A DNA stretch of 63,224 bases from Anaerovibrio sp. (GCA_052272885.1 DAVZJH010000001.1:1-63224); one strand, 5' to 3'. Positions 38,262-48,742 are shown, numbered from the stretch's first letter. Numbers and translations are program-made. Notes: generated by a model not told the origin, from the sequence alone.

Positions 38262-39722
38262 ATGGCCTTTAAGGATTTGCGGGAATATATAGCTGAGCTG
38301 GAAAGCAGAGGACTTTTGAAGCGAATTACCACCGAGGTGGATTGCCAGCTGGAGATTACAGAGATTACGGATAGAGTGTCCAAGATGGAGGGTAACAAGA
38401 ATGTAGCCTTGTTATTTGAGAATGTTAAGGGCTATGATATGCCAGTGCTGATGAATGCCTTTGGCAGTATGGAGCGCATGGCTATTGCCTTTGGAGTGGA
38501 GAAGCTGGACGATGTGGCAGATGAAATGCGGGAAATCCTAAAGCTGCCTTATATTTCCCTGTCTCACAAGACAGATTTACTCTCTATTATCCCTATGGCC
38601 AAAAAAGCCATTAATTTCCCTAAATATGTGAAAAAAGCACCTTGTCAGGAGGTTGTTATAACAGATAATCCATCTCTGGACAAGTTTCCTATTTTGAAAT
38701 GCTGGCCTCAGGATGGAGGTTCCTTTATTACTTTGCCTTTGGTTTTTACCAAAAATCCTAAAACCGGCAAGCGGAATGTAGGTATGTATCGTTTGCAGAA
38801 ATATGATAGCTGCACCACTGGCATGCATTGGCATATTCACAAGAATGGTGCAGATAACTGTCGGGATACCAAGGCTATGGGAGGTCAGAGAATGGAGGTA
38901 GCTGTAGCTATTGGTACAGATCCAGTAGTAACCTACGCTGCTACAGCACCACTGCCAAGGGATATTGACGAAATGGTTTTTGCTGGCTTCCTGCGGCACA
39001 AATCTGTGGAAATGGTAAAATGCAAAACTGTAGATGTGGAGGTACCTGCCGGAGCAGAGATTATTCTGGAGGGTTATGTAGATGTGGATGAACGCCGTTG
39101 GGAGGGGCCGTTTGGTGACCATACCGGCTATTACTCCTTGGCGGATTATTATCCAGTTTTTCATATTACCTGTATTACCCATCGCAAGAATCCAATCTAT
39201 GCTTCTACTATTGTGGGAAAGCCACCTATGGAGGATTGCTTCATAGCCAAGGCTACAGAGCGGTTATTCCTGCCTTTGTTGCAGCAGGCTATTCCAGAGG
39301 TGGTGGATATTAATATGCCTTTGGAGGGTGTATTCCATGATTGCATCTTCGTATCCATCAAGAAAACCTATCCAATGCAGGCTAAAAAGGTTATGACTGC
39401 CCTGTGGGGTATGGGCCAGATGATGTTTATAAAGATGATTATTGTGGTAGATGCCCATGTTAACGTACAGGATGAAAAGGAAGTATGGTGGAGGGTATTT
39501 AACAATATTGATGCCAAGCGGGATTTGATGATGGTAGAGGGGCCTCTGGATGTGCTGGATCACTCCTCTCCAATGGCTAAGTGGGGCACCAAGGTTGGTA
39601 TTGATGCCACCAAGACCTGGCCAGAGGAAGGCCATACCAGAGAATGGCCAGACGAGATTACTATGGACAAATCTATCAAGGATATGGTAGATGCAAAGTG
39701 GGAGGCTTTGGGACTTGACTAA
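38262..39722 (+). CDS. UbiD-family menaquinone biosynthesis decarboxylase (MqnL-like)
   Basis: NVGMYR, EGPFGDHTGYY, GKPPMED, LDHSS; start moved to ATG 38262 after GGGAGG (track 38214). Confidence 0.9.
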   Translation: MAFKDLREYIAELESRGLLKRITTEVDCQLEITEITDRVSKMEGNKNVALLFENVKGYDMPVLMNAFGSMERMAIAFGVEKLDDVADEMREILKLPYISLSHKTDLLSIIPMAKKAINFPKYVKKAPCQEVVITDNPSLDKFPILKCWPQDGGSFITLPLVFTKNPKTGKRNVGMYRLQKYDSCTTGMHWHIHKNGADNCRDTKAMGGQRMEVAVAIGTDPVVTYAATAPLPRDIDEMVFAGFLRHKSVEMVKCKTVDVEVPAGAEIILEGYVDVDERRWEGPFGDHTGYYSLADYYPVFHITCITHRKNPIYASTIVGKPPMEDCFIAKATERLFLPLLQQAIPEVVDINMPLEGVFHDCIFVSIKKTYPMQAKKVMTALWGMGQMMFIKMIIVVDAHVNVQDEKEVWWRVFNNIDAKRDLMMVEGPLDVLDHSSPMAKWGTKVGIDATKTWPEEGHTREWPDEITMDKSIKDMVDAKWEALGLD

Positions 39723-40605
39723 GCATATAGACGGAAAGGCTAGCCTGTGGCAAAGACTGAATGCTCATTTGGACAATATAGCCTTTTATCAGACCATATT
39801 TTCCCTGCCCTTTGCCTATATGGCGGTATTGCTGGCCTCTAAAGGCACAGTGGATTGGTGGATCATGCTGTGGGTAACCATGACCATTGTTTCTGCCCGC
39901 AGTGCAGCTCTGGCCTTGGATAATATGATTGATTTGAAATACGATGTGGATCAGCCAAGATTTCAGCAAAGACCAATGGTGGCAGGTACAGTCAGCCGGC
40001 ATGGTGTTCATGTGTTGATTGGCATTTGCGCAGCTGTGCTGGTATTTTCTGTATTACAGCTGAATCCTATCTGCATCAAGCTGCTGCCTATAGCGGCTCT
40101 GCCCTTTGTGATATATCCCTTTATGAAGCGATATACCTGCTTCTGCCATTATATCTGCGGTGTTGCGGTGGCTATGGCTCCGGCAGGAGGCTGGGTGGCT
40201 GTAACAGGCACTATTGATTATCCTATGGTGGTATTATTCCTGGCCGTTACCTTGTGGATTGGCGGTTTTGATGTAGTATATGGCGCTCAGGATGAGGAGT
40301 TTGACAAGGCTCATGGGCTGCATTCTATGGCCGTAGCTCTGGGGGCAAAAAATGCCCTGTTGCTGGCCAAAATCACCCATGTAATTACCCTGTGTATTTT
40401 CTTTTATCTAGGCCAGTTATTGTCTCTAGGCTATATGTATTATATAGGTGTCGGCATTGCTGGAGGGGTGCTGTATTTTCAGCATCAGATTATTGCCAGA
40501 CAGGGCTTCAAGGCCTTTAATCGGCGTTATTATTTGAGAAATGGTATTGTTTCTGTGGCAATATTCCTGTGTACATTAATGAGTGTGCTATGGGAAGTAA
40601 GATAG
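39715..40605 (+). CDS. UbiA-family prenyltransferase (MqnP-like)
   Basis: TIFSLPFAY, ARSAALALDNMIDLKYD, RP...G, GFDVVYGAQDEEFD; TTG start 39715 inferred (track 39691). Confidence 0.88.
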   Translation: MTKHIDGKASLWQRLNAHLDNIAFYQTIFSLPFAYMAVLLASKGTVDWWIMLWVTMTIVSARSAALALDNMIDLKYDVDQPRFQQRPMVAGTVSRHGVHVLIGICAAVLVFSVLQLNPICIKLLPIAALPFVIYPFMKRYTCFCHYICGVAVAMAPAGGWVAVTGTIDYPMVVLFLAVTLWIGGFDVVYGAQDEEFDKAHGLHSMAVALGAKNALLLAKITHVITLCIFFYLGQLLSLGYMYYIGVGIAGGVLYFQHQIIARQGFKAFNRRYYLRNGIVSVAIFLCTLMSVLWEVR

Positions 40606-40674
40606 GCTGACAGTTGTCAGCTATAATAGGCAGCTGGCTCTGCCAGAGCTGCATGGTGGAAGGAAGCGATAGTT

Positions 40675-41538
40675 ATGACAGCAAGATTGTTGGAGGGCAA
40701 GGTATTTGCCGATAAGTTAAAGGAAGAGGCAGGCAAAAAAGCTCAGGAGCTAAAGGCTAAGTACGGCATTACGCCTGGTCTGGCTGTAATTATAGTTGGA
40801 GAAAATCCAGCCTCTCAGGTGTATGTCCGCAACAAGCACAAGGCTTGCACTGAGCTGGGCTTTTATTCCGAGGGGGTGGAGCTGCCTGCTACCACCACTA
40901 GAGAAGAGCTTTTGGCTGAGATTCAGCGTTTGAATAATGACGAAAAGATTCATGGTATCCTGGTACAGCTGCCTTTGCCAAAGGAATTGCAGCCATATGA
41001 ATCTGAAGTGCTGGAGGCTATAAATCCATTGAAGGATGTGGATGGTTTCCATCCAGTTAATGTAGGCCGTCTGGTAACTGGCCAGAAGGCACTGGTGCCT
41101 TGTACCCCTCATGGCTGTCTCCGTATGCTGGAGCTGGCAGAGATTCCCGTAGAGGGAGCCAATGCCGTGATTATTGGCCGCAGCAATATAGTGGGTAAGC
41201 CTATGCTCCACCTACTGCTGGGGAAAAATGCTACTGTTACCATTTGCCATTCGAGAACAAAGAATTTGGCAGAGATTACCCGTCAGGCAGATATTCTGGT
41301 AGCAGCTGTAGGCAAGGCTGGCTTTGTCACTGCAGATATGGTTAAGCCGGGAGCTGCCGTTATTGATGTAGGTATTAACCGCATTGCTCCTAAGAAGCTG
41401 GTGGGGGATGTGGATTTTGAAGCCGTGAAGGAAGTGGCAGGAGCCATTACTCCTGTACCTGGAGGTGTGGGACTGCTGACCATTGCCATGCTGATGCAGA
41501 ATACTGTAGAGGCAGCCCGCTTACAGCTGGAGGGCTAA
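40675..41538 (+). CDS. folD: Methylene-THF dehydrogenase/cyclohydrolase
   Basis: [46 protein letters not shown]. Confidence 0.97.
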   Translation: MTARLLEGKVFADKLKEEAGKKAQELKAKYGITPGLAVIIVGENPASQVYVRNKHKACTELGFYSEGVELPATTTREELLAEIQRLNNDEKIHGILVQLPLPKELQPYESEVLEAINPLKDVDGFHPVNVGRLVTGQKALVPCTPHGCLRMLELAEIPVEGANAVIIGRSNIVGKPMLHLLLGKNATVTICHSRTKNLAEITRQADILVAAVGKAGFVTADMVKPGAAVIDVGINRIAPKKLVGDVDFEAVKEVAGAITPVPGGVGLLTIAMLMQNTVEAARLQLEG

Positions 41539-41646
41539 GGTTCAATATCTAAGCTAGGGTTTTGCCGGTGAGATTACCTGTCCTGGGGGCGGGAAGCTAC
41601 ACTGGAAACATATATTTCTTGTATTATATAGGGAGGTTGTTGTCGA

Positions 41647-43314
41647 ATGAAAACAGACGTAGAAATTGCCCAGGAAGCCCAGATGCAGCATATTAGGGAA
41701 ATTGCTGGTCAGCTTGGTTTGACAGAGGATGATATTGAATTGTACGGCAAGTACAAGGCAAAGATTTCCTTGGATGCTTGGAACAAGGTAAAGAATGGTC
41801 CAGATGGCAAGCTGGTTCTGGTTACGGCCATTAATCCTACACCTGCTGGTGAGGGTAAAACCACTACCAGTGTAGGCTTGGCTGATGCTTTCCACAAGCT
41901 GGGACATAAGGTTGCTGTAGCTCTTCGTGAGCCATCCCTGGGGCCATGCTTTGGTTTGAAGGGTGGCGCTGCTGGTGGCGGCTATGCTCAGGTAGTTCCT
42001 ATGGAAGATATTAACCTGCATTTTACTGGTGATTTTCATGCTATTACAACAGCCCACAATCTGTTGGCAGCAGTTATAGATAACCATATCCAGCAGGGTA
42101 ATGCGCTGGACATTGATGTACGCCGTGTGGCTTGGAAGCGGGTTCTGGATTTGAACGACAGAGCTCTCCGCAATGTGGTAATTGGTCTTGGCGGCAAGGC
42201 TCATGGTGTACCAAGAGAAACTGGCTTCGATATTACTGTAGCCTCTGAGATGATGGCCATTCTTTGCTTGGCCAGCGATTTGGAGGATATGAAGAAGCGT
42301 CTGGGAGAAATCGTAGTAGCCTACAGCCGTGATGGCCGTGCTATTAGAGCTGAGGAGCTGAATGTAACAGGCGCTCTGACTCTCCTGTTTAAGGATGCTA
42401 TCAAGCCAAATCTGGTACAAACCTTGGAGGGAACTCCTGCCTTGATTCATGGCGGCCCATTTGCTAATATTGCTCATGGCTGCAACTCTGTTATGGCTAC
42501 AAAATTCGCTTTGAAGTTTGCTGATATAGCTATTACTGAGGCCGGTTTTGGTGCTGACCTTGGCGCAGAGAAGTTCCTGGATATTAAGTGTCGCTTCGCT
42601 GGCATTCATCCAGATGCTGTAGTTATTGTAGCTACCGTTAGAGCTTTGAAGATGCATGGTGGTGTACCAAAGACTGAGCTGGGCAAGGTGGATATGGCAG
42701 CTCTGGAGAAGGGGTTGGCTAACCTGACCAAGCACATTGAGAATGTACACAAATTTGGCCTGCCTGCTGTAGTGGCTATTAATGCTTTCCCTACCGATAC
42801 CAAGGAAGAATTGAATTTCGTAGAGGAGAAGTGCAATGCTTTGGGTGCATCTGTAGCCCTGTCCGAGGTATGGGCCAAGGGTGGCGAAGGCGGCGTAGAG
42901 CTGGCAGAAAAGGTATTGGAGGCTATGAAGCAGCCTGCTGATTTCCACTATATGTATGAGGTGGAACAGAGCATTCCTGAGAAGATTGAGGCCATTGCCA
43001 AGGCTATCTACGGTGCTGATGGAGTAGACTTTACTGCTCCAGCCAAGAAGCAGCTGGCAGAGATTGAGGCTTTGGGACTGGACAAGATGCCTGTCTGCAT
43101 GGCCAAGACACAGTATTCCTTGTCTGACGATGCCACCAAGCTGGGACGTCCAGAGGGCTTCCGCATTACTGTTAAGGAGCTGCGGATTTCTGCTGGTGCC
43201 GGCTTTATTGTAGCTCTTACTGGCAATATTCTCACCATGCCAGGCCTGCCAAAGAAGCCAGCAGCCGAGAATATGGATATTGATTTAAACGGCAAGATTA
43301 CTGGCTTGTTCTAA
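41647..43314 (+). CDS. fhs: Formate-tetrahydrofolate ligase
   Basis: [51 protein letters not shown]. Confidence 0.98.
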   Translation: MKTDVEIAQEAQMQHIREIAGQLGLTEDDIELYGKYKAKISLDAWNKVKNGPDGKLVLVTAINPTPAGEGKTTTSVGLADAFHKLGHKVAVALREPSLGPCFGLKGGAAGGGYAQVVPMEDINLHFTGDFHAITTAHNLLAAVIDNHIQQGNALDIDVRRVAWKRVLDLNDRALRNVVIGLGGKAHGVPRETGFDITVASEMMAILCLASDLEDMKKRLGEIVVAYSRDGRAIRAEELNVTGALTLLFKDAIKPNLVQTLEGTPALIHGGPFANIAHGCNSVMATKFALKFADIAITEAGFGADLGAEKFLDIKCRFAGIHPDAVVIVATVRALKMHGGVPKTELGKVDMAALEKGLANLTKHIENVHKFGLPAVVAINAFPTDTKEELNFVEEKCNALGASVALSEVWAKGGEGGVELAEKVLEAMKQPADFHYMYEVEQSIPEKIEAIAKAIYGADGVDFTAPAKKQLAEIEALGLDKMPVCMAKTQYSLSDDATKLGRPEGFRITVKELRISAGAGFIVALTGNILTMPGLPKKPAAENMDIDLNGKITGLF

Positions 43315-43389
43315 TTTGAGTGAAGAGGGGGAGCAGGTATCTAGGCTGATGTATGCACAGGTACTTGCTCTGACTCCTATTGATATTAA

Positions 43390-44154
43390 ATGTATAATGG
43401 AAGTGATATAGTGGGAAGAATTTCTTTGGAACTGGTGCCACGCACACCAGAAGAACTGCGCAGCAATTTGGAATTGGTTAAGGAAAAAATCAAGGGCATT
43501 GATTTGATTAATATTCCAGATTTGCTACGTTTGGAAACCAGAAGCTGGCAGGGGGCAGCCATTGCCCAGGATTATTATCCAGCTGTTATGCCTCATATCA
43601 GGGCTATTGATGTTAATCTGGCAGAGCCTTTAGCTATGCGGCCGGAGCTGCGGCAAAGCGGTATTACAGAGGTGCTGGTTATTGAGGGAGATCCGCCTCA
43701 GGATATGACACATAAGGTTTATCCTACTATTACCACTGATGTTATACAAAAATTCCATCAGGAAATGCCTGAGGTAAAGGTTTATGCTGGTATTGACCAG
43801 TATCGTGGCAGTATGCGTCAGGAGCTGTACCGTATTCATAGAAAGCTGCAGGCAGGTGCCGTGGGTTTCTTTACCCAGCCATTTTTTGATATGCGTTTGT
43901 TGGAAATGTATGCTGATATGCTGGAGGGACAGAATGTTTACTGGGGTGTTACGCCGGTGGCCTCCGAGCGTTCCCAAAGCTATTGGGAAATGAAGAACAA
44001 TGTTATTTTTCCAAAGGATTTCCAGCCTACCCTTGAATGGAGCATTGAATTTGGCTGTAAGGTAAGGGATTTTGCCAAGCAGCATGGGGATAATCTTTAT
44101 TTGATGCCTATTCGTGGCAACCTCGAAGCCTATCTGGAAGGAATTTTGGGTTAA
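43390..44154 (+). CDS. Short methylenetetrahydrofolate reductase-like flavoprotein
   Basis: ISLELVP, NIPD, PHIRAID, GDPP, KLQAGA..FFTQPFFD pattern of the MetF family; follows fhs. Confidence 0.8.
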   Translation: MYNGSDIVGRISLELVPRTPEELRSNLELVKEKIKGIDLINIPDLLRLETRSWQGAAIAQDYYPAVMPHIRAIDVNLAEPLAMRPELRQSGITEVLVIEGDPPQDMTHKVYPTITTDVIQKFHQEMPEVKVYAGIDQYRGSMRQELYRIHRKLQAGAVGFFTQPFFDMRLLEMYADMLEGQNVYWGVTPVASERSQSYWEMKNNVIFPKDFQPTLEWSIEFGCKVRDFAKQHGDNLYLMPIRGNLEAYLEGILG

Positions 44155-44240
44155 AAGTTTTTTCTGCCTTTGAGGGATATGTTGTGTATGCTTTGAAAAT
44201 TTCCTCAGAGGCTGTAGCTATTATAAAGGAGAGTTGAAAG

Positions 44241-45080
44241 ATGTTCAAGATTTTGAAGAAGCAGGAGCTTTCTCCTGGTATTTTTCATTATGACATTGAG
44301 GCACCAAGAGTGGCCAAGAAGGCTCAGGCAGGACAGTTTATTGTCCTGAGAGTTGATGAGGATGGAGAAAGAATCCCACTGACTATTGCGGATTTTGACC
44401 GTGAAGCAGGCACTATTACCTTGATTTTTCAGGTAGTAGGCGCTTCTACTCAGATGTTGGCTGCCAAGAATGAAGGGGATTCTATTGTGGATTTTGCTGG
44501 CCCTCTGGGACAGCCATCTGAAATTCATGAGAATATGGGCACCATTGTCTGCATTGGCGGCGGTATTGGTGTTGCTCCGGTTTATCCTATTGCTAGGGCT
44601 ATGCACGAGGCAGGCAACAAGGTTATTTCTATTATGGGTGCCAAAACCAAGGATATTCTGATTTTTGAGGACAAAATGCGGGCTATTTCTGATGAGGTTT
44701 TGATTGCCACCGATGATGGTTCCTATGGTGTCAAGGGCTTTGTGACCACTGCTCTCCAGCAACTGGTGGATAGAGGGGAGAAGATTGATCAGGTTACTGC
44801 TATCGGCCCTGGAGTTATGATGCGCAGTGTGGTAGAGGCTACCCGTCCTCTGGGGATTAAGACTATTGTTTCTCTGAACCCAGTTATGGTTGATGGTACT
44901 GGTATGTGCGGTGGCTGCCGTGTGCAGGTAGGGGATGAAATGAAATTTGCTTGTGTAGATGGTCCAGAGTTTGATGGCCATTTGGTAGATTTTGACAGCC
45001 TTATGTCTCGCAGCCGGATGTTCCGTCCACAGGAAGCACAGGCCAAGGATCATGTTTGCAATATCGGACTGGGGAGGTAA
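44241..45080 (+). CDS. nfnA: NfnA-type small subunit of electron-bifurcating transhydrogenase
   Basis: GQF..RV, ERIPLTI, GPLG, GGGIG, TDDGSYG, DGTGMCGGCR..CVDGPEF [2Fe-2S] motif. Confidence 0.88.
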   Translation: MFKILKKQELSPGIFHYDIEAPRVAKKAQAGQFIVLRVDEDGERIPLTIADFDREAGTITLIFQVVGASTQMLAAKNEGDSIVDFAGPLGQPSEIHENMGTIVCIGGGIGVAPVYPIARAMHEAGNKVISIMGAKTKDILIFEDKMRAISDEVLIATDDGSYGVKGFVTTALQQLVDRGEKIDQVTAIGPGVMMRSVVEATRPLGIKTIVSLNPVMVDGTGMCGGCRVQVGDEMKFACVDGPEFDGHLVDFDSLMSRSRMFRPQEAQAKDHVCNIGLGR

Positions 45081-45086
45081 TGAAAA

Positions 45087-46487
45087 ATGGCATTAGTAAT
45101 GGAAAAGCACAAGATGCCGGAGCAGGATCCAAAGGTTCGTGCTCGTAATTTTCAGGAGGTAGCACTAGGCTATGATGAGGATACTGCTGTAGCTGAGGCA
45201 GAGCGCTGCCTTAACTGTAAGGTACCAAAGTGCCGTCAGGGCTGTCCTGTACAGGTAAATATTCCTGCTTTTATTGGCAAAATCAAGGAGCGGGATTTTG
45301 ATGCCGCTATAGATATTATCAAGGAGTCCAACTCCCTGCCAGCAGTATGTGGTCGTGTCTGCCCACAGGAGAATCAGTGTGAGAAGCATTGTATTATGGG
45401 CATCAAGGGTGAGCCAGTAGGTATTGGTCGTCTGGAGCGGTTTGCTGCTGACTATCAGCTGGCTAAGAATGAGGAAATCAAGCCAATTCAGTTTGCTGAG
45501 GATGCTCAGAAGGTAGCTGTTATTGGTGCTGGCCCTTCTGGTTTGTCCTGTGCTGGAGATTTGGCAAAGATGGGCTATAAGGTTACTATTTTTGAGGCCC
45601 TTCATGTAGCTGGTGGTGTACTTTCCTATGGTATTCCGGAGTTCCGTCTGCCAAAGGATAAGATTGTACGCCGTGAGGTAGAGAATCTCCAGAAGTTGGG
45701 AGTTACCATTGAGGTTAATGCGATTGCTGGCCGTCTCTTTACTGTAGATGAGCTGATGGGTGAAATGGGCTTTGATGCAGTATATGTAGGTACCGGTGCT
45801 GGCCTGCCTCATTTTATGCATATTCCTGGTGAGAATCTCAACGGTGTATATTCCTCCAATGAATTCCTGACTCGCTGCAATCTGATGAAGGCTTATGATT
45901 TCCCTAATCATCTGACTCCTATTGCTATCGGTAAGAATGTAGCCGTAGTAGGCGGTGGTAACGTAGCTATGGATGCAGCCCGTACTTCTCTCCGTCTGGG
46001 GGCAGAAAATGTTTATATCGTTTACCGTCGTTCAGAGGCAGAGCTGCCAGCTCGTGCAGAGGAAGTGCATCACGCCAAGGAGGAGGGTATTCAGTTCAAG
46101 CTGCTGAACAACCCTGTGGAGATTCTTGGTGATGAAAACGGTTGGGTTAAAGGTTTGAAATGTATCAAGATGGAGCTGGGAGAGCCTGATGCTTCTGGCC
46201 GCCGTCGTCCAGTAGCTATTGAGGGCTCTGAGTTTGAGTTGGAGGTAGATACAGTGATTATGGCTATTGGTAATGGTCCAAACCCAATTGTGGCTTCCAC
46301 TACTCCTGGTATGGAAACCAACAAGCGGGGCAATATCGTAGCTGATGAAGAAACCTGTGCTACCACTAAGGAAGGCGTATTCGCCGGCGGTGATATTGTA
46401 ACAGGTGCTGCAACTGTTATTCTGGCAATGGGTGCTGGCAAGAAAGCTGCAGCTGCTATTGACGCATATCTAAAAAGTAAGAAATAA
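45087..46487 (+). CDS. nfnB: NfnB-type large subunit (GltD-like)
   Basis: RCLNC..C..GCP, CGRVCPQE.QCE Fe-S motifs, GAGPSG, YGIPEFRL, GGGNVAMD, AGGD; paired with nfnA. Confidence 0.88.
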   Translation: MALVMEKHKMPEQDPKVRARNFQEVALGYDEDTAVAEAERCLNCKVPKCRQGCPVQVNIPAFIGKIKERDFDAAIDIIKESNSLPAVCGRVCPQENQCEKHCIMGIKGEPVGIGRLERFAADYQLAKNEEIKPIQFAEDAQKVAVIGAGPSGLSCAGDLAKMGYKVTIFEALHVAGGVLSYGIPEFRLPKDKIVRREVENLQKLGVTIEVNAIAGRLFTVDELMGEMGFDAVYVGTGAGLPHFMHIPGENLNGVYSSNEFLTRCNLMKAYDFPNHLTPIAIGKNVAVVGGGNVAMDAARTSLRLGAENVYIVYRRSEAELPARAEEVHHAKEEGIQFKLLNNPVEILGDENGWVKGLKCIKMELGEPDASGRRRPVAIEGSEFELEVDTVIMAIGNGPNPIVASTTPGMETNKRGNIVADEETCATTKEGVFAGGDIVTGAATVILAMGAGKKAAAAIDAYLKSKK

Positions 46488-46494
46488 GTAAAAT

Positions 46495-46537
46495 GAGGGG
46501 TTATCCTGCTAAGAAATTAGTGGGATAATCCCTCTTT
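46495..46537 (+). terminator. Terminator after nfnB
   Basis: GAGGGGTTATCCTGCTAA-GAAA-TTAGTGGGATAATCCCTC-TTT. Confidence 0.8.
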
Positions 46538-46662
46538 GATTTTACCAGTATAAATTAATTCCAAAATTTGCTATACAAGTGCATTAATATTTGTTATAAT
46601 ATCATTAGTTAGAGGACAGATATACTGATGTGTATCTGTAGTATAAAAGGAGGAATTTTTAA

Positions 46663-47616
46663 ATGAAAGTAACAGTTGTAGGCGCAGGTAATGTAGGAGC
46701 AACAGCAGCAAATGTAATTGCCAGCGCAGGTTATGCTAGCGAAGTAGTTCTGCTCGATATCAAAGAGGGCGTTTCCGAAGGTAAGGCTATGGATATGATG
46801 CAGACTGCACAGATCCTGAACTTCAACACTACTATTACCGGTGTTACCAACGACTATGCAGCTACTGCAGGTTCTAAGGTTGTTGTTATCACTTCTGGTA
46901 TTCCTCGTAAGCCTGGTATGAGCCGTGAGGATCTGATCGGTGTTAACGCTGGTATCGTTGGCAGCGTTATTGAGCAGGCTGTAAAGTATTCTCCAGATGC
47001 TATCTTTATCGTAATCTCCAACCCAATGGATGCTATGACCTATTTGGCACTGAAGAATTCTGGTCTGCCTAAGAACCATGTAATCGGCATGGGCGGTATG
47101 CTTGACAGCTCCCGTTTCCGTTATTTCTTGTCCAAGGCTCTCCAGAAGGCTGGCTATCCAGCAACTCCTACCGACATTGAGGGCATGGTAATCGGTGGTC
47201 ATAGCGACAAGACCATGGTTCCTCTCGGATCCATTGCTACTTACAAGGGTATTCCTGTATCTCACCTCCTCAGCGAGGCAGAGCTTGAGGATGCTATTGC
47301 ACAGACCAAGGTTGGCGGTGCTACCCTGACTAAGCTGCTGGGCACTTCCGCTTGGTACGCTCCTGGTGCTGCTGCAGGCGAGCTGGTTAAGTCCATCATC
47401 ACTGATGGCAAGAAGCTCATTCCTTGCTGCGTATATCTCGAGGGCGAGTATGGCGAGGATGATCTCTGCATCGGTGTTCCTGTAATTCTGGGCGCTGACG
47501 GCGTTGAGAAGATCGTTGAGCTGAAGCTGGATGGCGTAGAGAAGGATCGTTTTGCTGAGTCCGTAGCTGCTGCACGTAACACTCAGAACAACCTGGGCGA
47601 CGCTCTGAAGAAGTAA
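46663..47616 (+). CDS. mdh: Malate dehydrogenase (LDH-like type)
   Basis: GAGNVG, substrate loop GIPRKPGMSR (Arg indicates malate), SNPMD, LDSSR, GGH. Confidence 0.95.
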   Translation: MKVTVVGAGNVGATAANVIASAGYASEVVLLDIKEGVSEGKAMDMMQTAQILNFNTTITGVTNDYAATAGSKVVVITSGIPRKPGMSREDLIGVNAGIVGSVIEQAVKYSPDAIFIVISNPMDAMTYLALKNSGLPKNHVIGMGGMLDSSRFRYFLSKALQKAGYPATPTDIEGMVIGGHSDKTMVPLGSIATYKGIPVSHLLSEAELEDAIAQTKVGGATLTKLLGTSAWYAPGAAAGELVKSIITDGKKLIPCCVYLEGEYGEDDLCIGVPVILGADGVEKIVELKLDGVEKDRFAESVAAARNTQNNLGDALKK

Positions 47617-47659
47617 TTAACATTGCTTCACAAATTCAATATAGCAAGCTAGCATAACC

Positions 47660-47693
47660 AAAGACCTGCGGAGAAATCTGCAGGTCTTTTTTT
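47660..47693 (+). terminator. Terminator after mdh
   Basis: AAAGACCTGCGGA-GAAA-TCTGCAGGTCTTTTTTT. Confidence 0.9.
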
Positions 47694-47947
47694 CTGTCTG
47701 TATCGACATATGTTAAAAATAATTTAACATAATTTCAATAATGATTAATAATATTTATAAAAGTATTAAATTCTTTTTAGGTATTGTAAAGGCCATATTA
47801 GGAGGGGATAGGAAATAAGGACTGGAAAAATTGGGAAAAATAAAAAATATAGGCAAAAAGTATTAATAAAAGACTTTTTCCAGACGATATATATGTAAAG
47901 GAATTGAAAGTATGTAAGTAGTTTATTGTCCCCTGGTAGCAAATGAG

Positions 47948-48220
47948 GTGATTGTCATGATGAGCAAAATTGATAAAGTAAGCAGAATTACAGGTGTAAA
48001 GCTGGACCCCAACAGCCCTTGGCTCCAAAGGCGGCAGCGGGAGGGGCAAGGCAATGAGGGAGGCTTTCAGGATATGCTGAAGAACCGCAGGCGCAGGCTG
48101 GAGGCCAATGCTCCAGAAACTGAGGCTGCTACCTGGGAGGGCAATGGAGCTACTCAGTCCTTGTTTTATGAAAAGGGCGTGAATTTGGATTTCTTTTATC
48201 ATCAAAGGATTGGAATGTAG
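47948..48220 (+). CDS. Small hypothetical protein
   Basis: GAGGTG RBS-like site before ATG 47957/47960; abuts tadA. Confidence 0.6.
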   Translation: MIVMMSKIDKVSRITGVKLDPNSPWLQRRQREGQGNEGGFQDMLKNRRRRLEANAPETEAATWEGNGATQSLFYEKGVNLDFFYHQRIGM

Positions 48221-48715
48221 TTGTATATGCTAGACCACGATAAATATATGCGCATGGCTCTAAAAGAGGCTGTTAAGGCCTATCAGCAGGGTGAGATTCC
48301 CATTGGGGCAGTTTTGGTAAACAATGAGGATGGTCAGGTGGTGTCCACTGGCTTTAATCTGAGGGAGCAAACTATGGATGCAACAGCTCATGCAGAAATG
48401 GAGGCCATTCGCAAGGGCTGTCTGGCTCTCCACCGCTGGCGCCTTAGTGGCTGTACATTGTATGTAACCATTGAGCCATGTGCTATGTGCGCCGGGGCAT
48501 TGGTAAACAGCAGAATAGACAGGCTGGTATATGGCAGTAATGAATCAAAATTTGGAGCTGTGGAGTCTATTTTCAATGTGGTGAACCACAAATTATTGAA
48601 TCACCGCATGGAGGTAGTGGCTGGGGTTTTGGAAGATGAATGCCGTCAGCTGATGAAAAGCTTCTTCCATATGCGACGTTTGCAGAATAAAGCCCGCAAG
48701 CAAAAGCAGTATTAA
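48221..48715 (+). CDS. tadA: tRNA adenosine(34) deaminase
   Basis: GEIPIGAV, TAHAE, LYVTIEPCAMCAGA, LNH. Confidence 0.95.
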   Translation: MYMLDHDKYMRMALKEAVKAYQQGEIPIGAVLVNNEDGQVVSTGFNLREQTMDATAHAEMEAIRKGCLALHRWRLSGCTLYVTIEPCAMCAGALVNSRIDRLVYGSNESKFGAVESIFNVVNHKLLNHRMEVVAGVLEDECRQLMKSFFHMRRLQNKARKQKQY

Positions 48716-48742
48716 TTAGACTGTTGAATAATTTATCAAAAT

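Noticed and set aside
41540..41646. ZTP or THF riboswitch upstream of fhs
   Set aside because: Lacks GACUGGCG / CGCCUGGGC (ZTP) and GAGUAG..CGUUAAG (THF) consensus segments.
45087..46487. Glutamate synthase small subunit
   Set aside because: No gltB nearby; pairing with the NfnA-type gene favours NfnAB.
47709..47731. Rex operator
   Set aside because: Arm spacing is N7 rather than the N4 of TTGTKAA-N4-TTMACAA.
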